The position numbers and the translations under genes are program-made. DNA of 64,000 nt from Octopus vulgaris. Taxonomy: Eukaryota. The stretch lies in NCBI GenBank assembly GCA_951406725.2, contig OX597820.1:13764001-13828000 (forward strand). The letters run 5' to 3'. Every line of letters starts with the position of its first letter. Position 1 is the first letter of the stretch. The notes under the pieces are model-generated. The model saw only the letters and a list, made by a program, of their open reading frames with translations. It did no database searches and had not been told where the DNA came from. Shown here piece by piece: positions 25,440 to 38,056 of the stretch.

Positions 25440-25480
25440 AAGAGACAAGAGAGACAGACAGAGTGAGACAGAGAGAAGGA
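25150..25480. repeat. GA-rich tract
   Basis: (GA/GAAA)n. Confidence 0.9.
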
Positions 25481-25847
25481 GTTGTTTTTTATAGAAAGAC
25501 AGACCAATGACAGGAATTTAATACTCCTGGGTCGGTCCGTTTGTTGGAACTTAATTCGGTTCAATCAAATATATTTACATTATTTCTTACTTCAAAATAG
25601 TCAGGGAAGAATTTCTGATACTTTTTGTTCATTTTTAGTTTTTTTGATTTTTATTTTATTTTATTTTATTTTATTTTATTTTCTAAGAAAAAAAATTCTG
25701 ATAAAAATACCTTTTTTCTTTTTTTTTTTTTCTCAGTTTCTTCACAACAAAGATATTGTTCCACAGAATTTTTTTTAAGAAAAAAAAAAAGCCATTAGCC
25801 TGATTGATACTAAGAAAAAACAGCAGACCACAATGAGCCCTCTGTGT

Positions 25848-25930
25848 GAACTGGTATGAACTACTATGAACTGGTATGGACTGGTATGAACTACTATGAA
25901 CTGGTATGGACTGGTACGAACTGGTATGAA
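25848..25930. repeat. 10-bp minisatellite G(A/G)ACTGGTAT / GAACTACTAT
   Basis: About 8 tandem 10-mers. Confidence 0.85.
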
Positions 25931-26089
25931 GTAATAATGTAGAAAATAGTTTACCTCTTTTAATGATGACCTGAACCAACTTCTTTTTTCGTCAACAGTT
26001 GACTGAGACATGTTGAAACTAACTTCAAACTCTTCCATTTAAAACTCACCAATTCTATTTCTTCAACAAGAAACACACATTCTCACTCA

Positions 26090-26171
26090 CTCTTTCTCTC
26101 TATCTATCTCTTTCTTTCTTTCTTTCTCTCTCTCTCTCTCTACCCATGCTGGCATGGAGCAAAGACGTTAA

Positions 26172-26203
<32 letters not shown>

Positions 26204-26326
26204 ATATAACTGACTTTTTCTATCTCTCTCTATGTATCTCTCAAACCATTTTATTTCTTTCTTTCTTTCTTTCTCTTTCTCTCTCTTTCTACTTCTACCC
26301 ATGCTAGCATGGAACACAGACGTTAA

Positions 26327-26364
<38 letters not shown>

Positions 26365-26930
26365 ATATCTGATTTTTTCTATCTTTCTTTCTCTCTCTCT
26401 CTATCTATCTATCTATCTGTTCATCTTTTTTTCTCTCTCCCTCTTTCTTCCCTTCTTTCTCTCCCTCTCTCTTTAACCATCTATCTATCTATTTCTCCCT
26501 TCTCTCTCTACCTATCAATCTCTTTCTATCCCAGTCTCCTCTTTCTTTTTTTTCTCTCCTTCTCTTTCACTCTTTTTCTTTCTCTCTTTCTCCTTCCCTC
26601 TCTCTCTCCCCATTTATCTGTTTATCTCTTCTCTCTCTGTTTCTCAATCACTCCCTTCCTCTCTGTCTATCTATCTCTCTCTATCCATCTTACTATCTCT
26701 CTCTTTCTCTTCCTCTCTTTCAATCTTTCTCTCTCCTTATTTATCTGTTTCTCTCTCCCTTTCTCTCTCTCAATCTCTCCCTCCTTCTCTACCTCCCTAT
26801 CTCTCTCTATCCACCTTACAATCTCTCTCAAACCCCTCTCTTTCAATCTTCCTCCCCCTCTGCCTATTTATCTGTTTCTCTCTTCTTCTCTCTCTCTCTC
26901 TCAATCTCTCAATCTCCCTCTCCCTCTCTT
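26090..26930. repeat. CT-rich tract containing two LINE-tail stubs
   Basis: (CT)n-rich; CCCATGCT.GCATGGA...GACGTTAAAT(GAT)n at about 26142 and 26297. Confidence 0.8.
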
Positions 26931-27519
26931 ACAGAAGCCCCAATTCATGATAAGGACTAACGTCAATAATAAATCTCCCTCCTCCCCCACCATGACCACC
27001 ACCACCACCATCACCAGTTGCATACTTTCTAAAATGAGGAGTGATTAACATAAGACTAACATAAACTTCAAAAATTAGTAAAATGCCACAAATTTCTTCT
27101 TTTTCCTTTTCTTTCCTTTTTTTCCTTCTTTTACGAAATGACAGTAAACTGTGTTCAGAGAGCAACAGATGGACGATTCAATGGAGACATGAATGATCTC
27201 TTAAGAAGGCAGCCAGAAATTCATGCCATAAGAAGACAAAACACTGCTGTATTTGTGAATCTCAGATATGGCTCAGTCCAGTAGGCTGTCAACAGGTCGC
27301 AATGAGACGACCAAGCACAGCTGTTTGGATGCTGATGACCTGACATGGCTGACTGGACATGACCTGTTTTGTCAAAAGTACTTTTTAGCACTGGAGGCAA
27401 ACGCTCTCTCACACACACACAGAGGCATACACAGAAATATACACCATCTCCTTCAGTTCCCTCTGTTTTACTTATACTTCCCGCCACCAACTGTTCCCTT
27501 TGACTAGACCCCGATACAC

Positions 27520-27906
27520 AGTTCTATATTTAAGAGATGAGGAATTATATAAATTGTTTACATTATTTACATTCGACGGATATTTGTCCTCATCTCGTTT
27601 GTTGTTAACACAACGTTTCGGCTGATATACCCACCAGCCTTCTTCAGGTGTCTTGGGGAAATTTCAAACCTGCGTTCTCATTCCTAAGGTATTTTTCGAT
27701 GTTATTATTATCATTATTATTATTATTATTATTTAGGTTACTGCCTGGAATCAAACTCGGAATCTTGGGGTTAGTAGCCTGTGCTCTTGACCACTACGCC
27801 GTATGCCCATGGGCATACGGCGTAGTGGTTAAGAGTGCAGGCTACTAACCCCAAGATTCCAAGTTCAATTCCAAGCAATGACCTGAATAATAATAATGAT
27901 AATAAC

Positions 27907-27941
<35 letters not shown>

Positions 27942-28064
27942 CAACATCAAAAAATACCTTAGGAATGAGAACCCAGGTTCGAAATTTCCCCAAGACACCT
28001 GATGAAGGCTGGAGGGTATATAAGCCAAAACGTATTAACAACAAACAAGATGAGGACAAATATT
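27520..28064. mobile_element. Head-to-head palindromic dimer of the tRNA-head/hammerhead element
   Basis: Symmetry centre GTATGCCCA|TGGGCATAC at 27809/27810. Left copy (-) 27520-27808 is complete; right copy (+) 27811-28064 ends at a SINE B. Confidence 0.85.
27607..27652 (-). ncRNA. Minimal type I hammerhead ribozyme motif (Penelope-type), best-preserved copy
   Basis: GACAC-CUGAAGA-A-GGCUG-GUGGGUAUAU-CAGCC-GAAA-CG-UU-GUGUU. Stem I GACAC/GUGUU, stem II GGCUG/CAGCC, palindromic AACGUU in place of stem III. Confidence 0.7.
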
Positions 28065-28065
28065 C

Positions 28066-28480
28066 ATTTCTTTATTGCACATGGGGGGAGGCTAAACACA
28101 GAGGAGACAAACAAGGACAGACAAAGGGATTAAGTTGATTATATCAACTCCAGTGCATAACTGGTACTTAATTTATCGACCCCGAAAGGATGAAAAGCAA
28201 AATCAACCTCAGTGGAATTTGAACTCAGAACGTAACGGCAGACAAAATACCTATTTCTTTACTGTCCACAAGGGGCTACACAGAGAGAGGACAAACAAGG
28301 ACAGACAAAGGAATTAAGTCGATTACATTGACCCCAGTGCGTAACTGGTACTTATTTAATTGACCCCGAAAGGATGAAAGGCAAAGTCGACCTTGGTGGA
28401 ATTTGAACTCAGAACGTAACGGCAGACAAAATACCACTAAGCATTTCGCCCAGCATGCTAACATTTCTGCCAGCTTGCCA
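28066..28480 (-). mobile_element. Two tandem or nested SINE family B copies
   Basis: Repeated central domain and tail. Confidence 0.85.
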
Positions 28481-28931
28481 CTCTTTAATTTACATATTAG
28501 ACACATTCCTGGAACTGGTATGGAAATATTAATGACTTGTAAGTACATGGTATCTTGTTATACAAACACAATCTACTACGAAGTATACTATACACTTATA
28601 GTATATTGTATATGCATAACGAAGTACCACATACCTACAAATCTTTCTTAAGATATATACTGGGTTCCTTCTTATCGTTACTGTTCAATCCTTTTCATGG
28701 TATGACCACACACACACACACACACACACATGCATGCACGCACACATAAATAGCGGGGCCAATGTATGCAAAATGCAAAAGGACAGTCAATAGTTCCAGA
28801 ATCTCATTTCATAAGAGAATGAATCTGATCTGGGGAAACGGTTTGGGGGCTGGAGGGTGTTATTCGTCTTCTGTGTTTTTTTCCTTCGTTTGTCTCAAAT
28901 TTTTACTCCCAACATCATTTTGATAATATAT

Positions 28932-29143
28932 AATCATCATCATCATCCCATCGCCAACACCACCACCACCATGATTGTCATCATCACTGTTTCTGATGCT
29001 GCAACCATGACCGCCACCACAACCACTACCACTACCACCACCACTAGAATCATCATAATCACCACCACCATCACTACCATCATCATCATTATCGTCGTCA
29101 TCGTCATCATCATCATCATCACCACCACCACCACCACCATCAC

Positions 29144-29193
<50 letters not shown>

Positions 29194-29451
29194 CCACCAC
29201 CACCACCACCATCACCATCATCATCACAATCATCATCATCATCATCATCACCATTATCACCATCATCACCACCACCACCACCACCACCACCATCACCATC
29301 ATCATCATCATCACCATCGTCATTGTCGTCATCACCATCATCATCATCATCATCATCATCACTGTTTCTGATGCTGCAACCACCACCACAACCACTACCA
29401 CAACCACCACCACTAGCACCATCATCATCACCACCACCATCACCATCATCC

Positions 29452-29482
<31 letters not shown>

Positions 29483-29728
29483 CATCACCATTGTCATCAT
29501 CATCATTATCATCACTATCATCACTGTTTCTGATGCTGCAACCACCACCACAACCACTACCACAACCACCACCACTAGCATCATCATCATCACCACCACC
29601 ATCACCATCATCCTCATCATCATCATCATCATCATCATCACCATTGTCATCATCATCATTATCATCACTATCATCACTGTTTCTGATGCTGCAACCACCA
29701 CCACCACCACCACCTCCACTGCCACTAC
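28932..29728. repeat. (CAT/CAC)n tract with higher-order units
   Basis: Anchor ACTGTTTCTGATGCTGCAACC occurs four times. Confidence 0.9.
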
Positions 29729-30104
29729 TTATATCTTTTTTTGCTGTTTTTTTGTGTCTCAGGGAGCAAATATTTTATGAAGCAAGAGGAATAACAATTT
29801 ATGTTGAAATGATAAATGTCTGAGTTGAAAAAAACCCCCAAAGGAATGGTGTCCTCGTGGTTGAATGGTGAATGAATTTAGAAGGAAAAGATTCCAACAG
29901 CAGAAGGAAAACCAATAAATACCAAGAGAGAGGAATAAACACCTGCCATTGGCATCCAGGTGGAAGAAGATGTTCGCTCGGGAAGGACGGGGGGGGGGGA
30001 GTTGTTTTTTATTGTTATTATTTTTTAGTTGTACTAAACCGACTCTTAACAGACATAGGAAAGCCATGGTGTGGGAGGAATGCTAGAATGGTAGATACTG
30101 GAAA

Positions 30105-31045
30105 GGAAAGAGAGTGGGAGAGGAGGGAGGGAGGGAGGGAGGGGAGAGATGGAGAGAGAGAAGGAGGAGAGAAAAGGAGAGAGAGAAGAGGGAAAGAGAG
30201 AAGAGGAAGAGAGAGAAGAGGGAGAGGGAGAAGGAGAGGGAGAGAAAGAAGGAGAGAGGAGAGGGAGAGAGAGAAGAAGAGGGAGAGGGAAGGGGGTGAG
30301 AAAGAAGAGGGAGAGAGAAGGGGGAGAGAAAGAAGAGGGAGAGAGAGAAACGGAGAGAGAGAAGAGGGAGAGGGAGAAGGAGAGGGAGAGAAAGAAGGAG
30401 AGGAGAGGGAGAGAGAAAGAAGAGGGAGAGAGAAGGGGGAGAGAAAGAAGAGGGAGAGAGAAGGGGGAGAGAAAGAGGGAGAGAGAGAAACGGAGAGAGA
30501 GAAGAGGGAGAGGGAGAAGGAGAGGGAGAGAAAGAAGGAGAGGAGAGGGAGAGAGAAAGAAGAGGGAGAGAGAAGGGGGAGAGAAAGAAGAGGGAGAGAG
30601 AAGGGGGAGAGAAAGAAGAGGGAGAGAGAGAAACGGAGAGAGAGAAGAGGGAAAGAGAGAAGAGGAAGAGAGAGAAGAAGAGGGACAGGGACAGGCAGGT
30701 AGACACAGAGAGAGGTAGATAGACAGGCAGACAGACATGCAGGTAGGGCAGGCAGACAGACAGGTAGGGCAGGCAGACAAACATATAGGGCAGATACAGA
30801 GGGAGAGGGGGGGAAAAGAGACAGGCAGGCAGACACAGAGAGAGGTAGATAGACAGACAGACAGGGCACACAGGCAGCCATACAGGCAGACAGACAAACA
30901 TATAAACAGAGAGAGACAGAGCCACAGACAGACAGGCAAACATATAGGCAGGCAGACAAACATACAATCGGACAGACAGACTGACAGACAGGCACACAGA
31001 CAAACAGAAGTGAGACTGGGAGAGATAGAGAGAGAGAGGAAGATA
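30105..31045. repeat. GA-rich tract with internal duplications, then GACA/GGCA repeats
   Basis: Direct inspection; GAAACGGAGAGAG recurs three times. Confidence 0.9.
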
Positions 31046-31526
31046 AAAGGCTGAACAGAATGGATAAAGACAGGGAGGAAGAAAGAAACAAACAAACAAA
31101 TAAAAACAAAGAATGTGAGAAAAAAAACAAACTTAAACAAAGAGAAAATTATCAAAAATAAAAGAAAAGCAAACAATCAAAAATGAATAAAAAATATATA
31201 AGAATTAATAATAAACAAAAATAGGCAAAATGGATGAAAACAATTGCCAAAAACCAACTAAATTTATGGGATAAAAATAGAAAGACGAAGGTGAAAAAAC
31301 GTAAGAGAAAGAGATAAAGAGGATGAATGAAATGGGAAGAAGAAAATGAGAAGAAGATAAAAGAAAAGGAATGAGTTTAGTGAAGAAGATAAGAGAAGGG
31401 TTGTGAGAACTTTAGCAGAATCTTGAGGAGGAATGCTATTTTTTTATGGGTACTTGCAAGGTTTTAGACTACACACATACACACACACACCTACATACAC
31501 ACATAGCTATATTTACATATATATAA

Positions 31527-31586
<60 letters not shown>

Positions 31587-31646
31587 GGCGGTGCCCCAGC
31601 ATGGCCACAGCTCATTAGCTGAAACTGGAAAAATCAAAAATCAAAA

Positions 31647-31698
<52 letters not shown>

Positions 31699-32294
31699 CG
31701 TAGGAGTGGCTGTGTGGTAAGTAGCTTGTTTCCAAACCACAGGATTCTGGGTTCACTCCCACTGTGTGGTACCTTGGGCAAGTGTCTTCTACTATAGCCT
31801 CGGGCCAACCAAAGCCTTGTGAGTGAAATTGGTAGGCAGAAACTGGAAGAAACCCATCGTATATATATGTATGTATACATATATATCTGTATATGTGTGT
31901 GTGTCAGAGTGGTTGATGTTAGGAAGGGCATCCAGCTTTGGAAACATTGCCAGATCAGATTGGGGCCTGGTGCACCTTCTGGCTCACCAGACCTTAGTCA
32001 AACCGTCCAAAGTCCAACCCATGCCAGCATGGAAAGCAGATGTTAAACGATGATGATGATGATATATATATATATATATATATATATGTAGGCACGGGCA
32101 TGGCTGTGTGGTTAGGGAGCTTGCTTCCTAGCTACATGGTTTCGGGTTCAGTCCCACTGCGTGGCACTTTGGGTAGGTGTCTTCCGCTATAGCCCCGAGC
32201 CGACCGAAGCTTTGTGATTGAATTCAGCAGGCGGAAGTTACTGCCGTGTATGTATATGTGCGTGTAGGTGCTTGTGCCTCTCCGAAAGAGAGAG

Positions 32295-32349
<55 letters not shown>

Positions 32350-32367
32350 ACAAACACACACATATAT

Positions 32368-32560
32368 ATATCTAGTATATAAAATCATTCTGTCTGTCTG
32401 TGTGTGTGTCTTCTAGGATTTCGGGCATCTTCCATCCAATTGCGCTCAAATTTGATATGCAGATATCGACAGTATCAGGGCGTGTATAAGTCTTGAAAAG
32501 AATTACAAAAATCAATTCCAGGTGAGAATGTAATCGAAAAAGCTGTGGGAATGTGCATTT
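32368..32560 (+). mobile_element. Possible non-autonomous Helitron-like 5' end
   Basis: TCTAGTATATAAAA...(CTGT)n...CCAATTGCGCTCAAATTTG layout; similar start at about 20082. Confidence 0.4.
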
Positions 32561-32927
32561 GTATGCACAATTTCATCAGCTATTGCGATCAATACTATGC
32601 ATATGCGAGAAAAATGCATGTGCAGTTTGTGCAAAGAAAGCCGGCTGGCTTGAAATAATGCCACAAAATGCAGTATATTTAAGAGACCAAAAAAGTAAGA
32701 TGCAAAAGAGATATTTTCTTCAAACTTGGCATGAAGGAAGGAAAGACTATTTGGTTTCTCAAGAAGTTTTTTTTTGCCTTAGCTTCGTTTAACAAAACCA
32801 AAAATTTTATTGAAATAAAGGCATGCTTAATTATCTTTTAATGAAAAGAAAACACTGATTGCTTTTTATTCAGCAGATATGAATCAGCACCGTCCATTGG
32901 ACGAGGGGGGGGGGGGCGTTCTGCTCG

Positions 32928-32975
<48 letters not shown>

Positions 32976-33639
32976 CTGGGGGCTTCTTTCAGTTTCCATC
33001 TAACAAATCCACTCACAAAGCTTTGGTCAGCCCCAAGGCTATAGTAGAAGACCCTCACCCAACAAGGTGCCACGTAGTGGGACTGAACCCAGAACCAAAT
33101 GGTTAGGAAGCAAACTTCTTACCACACAACCACACCTGCACCTGTTCTATTTCTGAAATTATTCCCAGCACACCAGAACAGACATACCATTCCTATATTT
33201 TATTGGCTAACCTTACTTCCACCAACTTGTTCACATTTCAACAATAACCTCAACCTTATAAAGTATTCCTGTTTAAATAAATTCTTTTATGCAAGTTTCA
33301 TTAATCTTATCCAAATCTGTAACACCTAAGTATTTTATTTTTAGCCACCTAAGTCTAACTATTTTATACCTTCCTTATCTGGTAATGGTATCTCGTTACT
33401 TTCTACTATTTTCATCAACAACAATGATGGTGGGTGTGTGGCAGGATTAACAGAGCTTTGGCTGAAATAATACAAGGTGATGTTCTGAGTTCTAATCCCA
33501 CCCAGGTTTAATTAACGCCACATAAAAAGCATTTGTGGTGGCATCACATACCTAGCACCTGTGATGGTGCCATGTAAAGAGTACCCATGCCAGAGTCACA
33601 TTGGGAGCATCTGTGCCAGCGTCACATTGGAAGTACCCA

Positions 33640-34086
33640 GAGTGGCTGTGTGGTAAGTAGCTTGCTTACCAACCACATGGTTTCGGGTTCAGTCCCACTG
33701 CAAGGCACCTTGGGCAAGTGTCTTCTACTATAGCCTCGGGCTGACCAAAGCCTTGAGAGTGGATTTGGTAGAAGTGGATTTGAAAGAAGCCCATTGTATA
33801 TATATATGTGTGTGTGTGTGTGTGTCTGTGTGTGTCTGTGTGTGTGTCTGTGTGTGTGTGTCTGTGTGTGTCTGTGTGAGTGTGTGTGTCTGTGTTTGTC
33901 CCCCCCAACATCACTAGACAACTGATGCTAGTGTGTTTATGTCCCCGTAACTTAGCGGTTCGGCAAAAGAGACCGATAGAATAGTGCTAGGCATACCAAG
34001 AATAAGTCCTGGGATTGATTTGCTTGACTAAAGGTGGTGCTCCAGCATGGCCACAGTCAAATGACTGAAACAACTAAAAGAGTAAA
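33640..34086 (+). mobile_element. SINE family A, near full length
   Basis: Reverse complement of 3652-4043. Confidence 0.85.
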
Positions 34087-34087
34087 A

Positions 34088-34460
34088 GGGTGCCGGCATC
34101 ACATTGGAAGCACCCATGTCAGTGCCACTTAAAAAGCACCTGTCTGGCACCATATAAAAAATATCAGTGCCGGCGTCACATAAAAAAAGCCCCTGTGCTG
34201 GTGCCATATAAAAAGCATCCACCCCAGTGTCACATTGGAAACAGCCAAGCCAGTCCCACATGAAAGGCACCAGTGCCAGCATCACATTGGAAGCACCCTA
34301 GTCGGAGCCACATACAGAGCACCAGTCTGGCATCTGTGCTGGTGCCATGTAAAAAACACCCATGCCGGCATGACACTGGAAGCACTAATGCAGGCGTCAC
34401 ACTGGAAGCACCCATACAAGTGCCACATAAAGGGCACCAGTGCCGGCACCACGCAAAAAA
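34088..34460 (+). repeat. Degenerate array of the RTE 3'-UTR motif (GTGCC...CACAT..AA.AGCACC)
   Basis: Related to the repeated motif at 11666-11950 on the opposite strand. Confidence 0.65.
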
Positions 34461-34854
34461 AAAATTGTGGTGATGATGGTGGCAGTGGCAGCAGTGGTGA
34501 TGATGAAAATGATGGTGGTGGTGGTGGTGATGATGATATCTATGTGTTTGTGTGAGCGCATGTATGTGTGTACCTTTGTGTTTGTCCTCCACACTGCTTG
34601 AAAACCAGCTTTAACTGTAATATAGTGGTTTGGCAATAGAGACCAAAAGATCCAGAGTCAAAGAAAAATAAATAAATACAAGGAGCAATTTTTTTCAACT
34701 GAAGCCCTTCAAGGTGGTGCCCCAGCATGGCCACAGTCCAATAACTGAAACAAGTAAAAGATGAAAACTAACAAACCTCTCTCTTAATATTCTGCTATCC
34801 AAAAATAAGGAATCACATTTTAAGCTTTTTATTTCTTCTTCTATAATTGGTTTC

Positions 34855-35767
34855 AAATTTTAGCACAAGGCCAGCAATTTCAGATGAGGGATCAATCAAT
34901 TACATTGACCCCAGTACTCACCTGGTACTTATTTTATCGACCTCAAAAAAGGATGAACAGCAAAGTTGACCCAAGTGGAATTAGAACTCAGAACATAAAG
35001 GCAGGTTAGTTGCTCACCACCGTTTTTCCTGTAACTGACCCATTTCTTTGCTTTGTTTGTATGAGTCTTTCTACACTCTTAGCATATTCTTTTCTATTCT
35101 AGGCACAAGGCCCAAAATTTTGGAGGAAGGGGCCAATCGATTAGATCAACCCCAGTATGCAACTGGTACTTAATTTATCATCCCCAAAAGGATGAGAGGC
35201 AAAGTTGACCTTGGCAGAATTTGAACTCAGAACGTAAAAATGAAATACTGCTAAGCTTTTCACCCGGTGTGCTAATATTTCTGCCAGCTCGTCACCCTAG
35301 ATTGCTTTAAATATTCTTTTCTATTCGAGGCACAGGGCCCGAAATTTGGGGGCAGAAGGGTGGGGTGGCCAATCGATTACATTGACCCCAGTGCATAATT
35401 GGTACTTAATTTATCGTCCTCGAAAGGATGAAAGGCAAAGTCGACCTCGGCAGAATTTGAACTCAGAATGTAGCGGCAAACGAAACACTGCTAAGCATTT
35501 CACCCAGCTTGCTAACGCTTCTGCCAGCTCGCCGCCTTCATATGTAAACGTATCCCTTTCTACTCTAGGCACAAGGCCTGAAATTTTTAGGAAGAGTGCC
35601 AGTCGATCAGATCGACCCCAGTACGCAACTGGTACTTAATTATCGACCCTGAAAGGATAAAGGACAAAGTCGACCTCAGCAGAATTTGAACTCAGAACAT
35701 AAAGACAGACGAAATACCATTAAGCATTTCACCCGGCATGCTAACATTTCTGCCAGCTCACCACCTT
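34855..35767 (-). mobile_element. Cluster of four SINE family B variant copies
   Basis: Repeated AGGCACA(A/G)GGCC...GACCCCAGT...GAACTCAGAA...GCCAGCTC units. Confidence 0.8.
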
Positions 35768-36249
35768 AATAATTCTTAGCATATTAATGTACCTATTAGT
35801 TAACTGATCCTTGGTTCCCTTATTCTATCTGCATCATTCCTTCTGCTTGGTTGCTAACGTATCCTGTTTTTCTATCTCTCTTCAGAGACAACCATCTGCT
35901 GTAACTTCCAATTCGTATGAAAACATATGATTCTGTTGTTATTAATTCCAACATTAGCTTGGTTTCTTTTAATTAATTTTTTTATCTTTTTACTTGTTTC
36001 AGTTGTTAGACAGTGACCATGCTGGGGTAACGCTTTGAAGAATTTTTAGTCAAATGAATCAACCCCAGTTCTTATCTTCTTTTTTTAAGCCTGGTACTTA
36101 TTCTATCAGTCCCTCCTTGCTGAACTGTTAAGTTATGGAGACATAAACACACCAACATCAGTTGTCAAACAGCAATGGGAGACAAACAGACACAAAGACA
36201 CACACACACAGATATATACATATATTTATATAATATATATACACACACA

Positions 36250-36291
<42 letters not shown>

Positions 36292-36294
<3 letters not shown>

Positions 36295-36490
36295 CATCAC
36301 ATGCCAGGGGAAGAAACTAGAAGTAGTTGATAGCTTCTGCTACCTAGGTGACCAAGTCTGTAATGGGGGTGGATGCTCAGAGAGTGTTACCACCAGAATA
36401 AGATTAGCCTAGGCAAAGTTCAGAAAGCTTCTACCTCCTACAGGTGACAAACGGCCTCTCGCTCAGAGTGAAAGGTAGATTGTACGATGC
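36292..36490 (+). mobile_element. Internal fragment of the same RTE LINE family
   Basis: Reverse-complement match to about 12508-12705 (KLEVVDSF.YLGDQV...KGRLYDA). Confidence 0.85.
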
Positions 36491-36684
36491 TCGACTAAAG
36501 GCGGTGCTCCAGCATGGCCGCAGTCAAATGACTGAAACAAGCAAAAAAAAAAAAAATATATAAGATATCTGGGATTACATCATTCAAGGTGTCCTTTCTA
36601 TATTAATGTGGAGGTAGATTTAAATGCTATTTCTAGTAGATCAAATCCCTCCAAAGAAGTTTCCTCTCTTTTATAAGTTACTCT

Positions 36685-37100
36685 TTTACTCTTTCACTTG
36701 TTTCAGGCATTTGACTGCGGCCATGCTGGAGCACCACTTTTAGTCGAGCAAATCAAACCCAGGACTTATTCTTTGTAAGCCTAGTACTTATTCTATCAGT
36801 CTCTTTTGCCGAACCGCTAAGTTAACGGATATGTAAACTCATCAGCATCAGTTATCAAGCAATGGTAGGAGGAAAAACACAGACATACAAACATATACAC
36901 ACACATACATGTATATGTGTGTGTGTGTGTGTGTATATACGATGGCCTTCTTTCAGTTTCTGTCTACCAAATCCACTCACAAGGCTTTGGTTGGCCCGAG
37001 GCTATAGTAGAAGACACTTTCCCAAGATGCCACACAGTGAGACTGAACCTGGAACCATGTGGTTGGTAAGCAAGCTACTTAACATACAACCACTCTTGCA
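36685..37100 (-). mobile_element. SINE family A, full length
   Basis: Colinear with 3652-4043. Confidence 0.85.
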
Positions 37101-37838
37101 CTTAATTTACTTTGCACAAATATGCTTCATACTCAAAAACTCTTCTGACATATAGATGCATTCTTGACATGTACATAAGAAATTACATCTGTTAATGCTT
37201 TTTACACTTCCTCTCACCCAGACATCTCATAGTTGGGGGTCACATGATGTTAGCCCTTTTCCTATTGCTTAAAAGCTCCTACGATAAATATGTTGACTGA
37301 CAGTGTTTCATCAACATTTAACCCATATATGCCCATAAAAAAATGAAGTCTTATAATTTCTCTGTATTTAGATTAAACGTTATGGTAAGCTTTCACAATC
37401 TGGAAGAGAAGGGCAGTATACAACTGTTAGCTATGGCTGTCACCTACCCTAAACCTAACCCTAACCCTACTGAACATTTCATATGCTTAGTCAGATGCTT
37501 CCCGGTGAGTTCATCTCCAGACAAGTAAAAGCACAAAATTACTATTTTTTAATCTCTCGAGAGATATTCAGCAACAGTACTTTGTAGTAAAGATTGTTTG
37601 CCAACATAACATGGCAGTCCTGGTTTAGGACGAATGTTGCTGTAATTTAGCCCCAGGTGACATCGTCTCCAGATGGCTATATGACACGATCTGTGTCCTT
37701 ATATTGTGAGATTAAATATGATATCAGCTTGTTTGGACACAGGTTAGGGTTAGCAACAGGAAGAGCATCAAGCTGTAGAAAATCTGCCTCGGTGAATTCC
37801 ACCTGATCCAAGCTAGCATGGAAAAAAATGAACATTAA

Positions 37839-38056
37839 ATGATGACAATGATGATGATGATGATGAAACACAAAGATGATGAAGACAATGATGATGATGA
37901 CGATTATGATGATGATGATAATGAAGACAATGATTATAATGATGATGATAATGACAACAACAACGATGATGATGACGATGATGATGAAGACGATGATGAC
38001 GATGATGATGATGATGACGATGATGATGATGATGATGACGATGATAATGATGATGA
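37839..38056. repeat. (GAT/GAC)n microsatellite from a LINE-type tail
   Basis: Follows CATTAAATGATGA. Confidence 0.85.

Noticed and set aside
27811-27885. Bona fide tRNA gene
   Set aside because: A and B boxes are present, but acceptor and T stems pair poorly and the sequence is attached to the repeat body, so it is a SINE-type head.
4630-28064. Functional coupling between the intronic hammerheads and the host RNA ligase (cleave-and-ligate system)
   Set aside because: Hammerhead products have 2',3'-cyclic phosphate and 5'-OH ends (RtcB-type substrates), whereas RLIG1 joins 5'-phosphate to 3'-OH. The elements are dispersed repeats in both orientations, so co-location is most likely chance.
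28857-31176. Long ORFs of 260-376 aa
   Set aside because: Translations of CAT/CAC and GA simple repeats with no domain content.
37444-37470. Telomere-like CCCTAA repeats
   Set aside because: Only about three imperfect interstitial units, a common short motif in old repeats.
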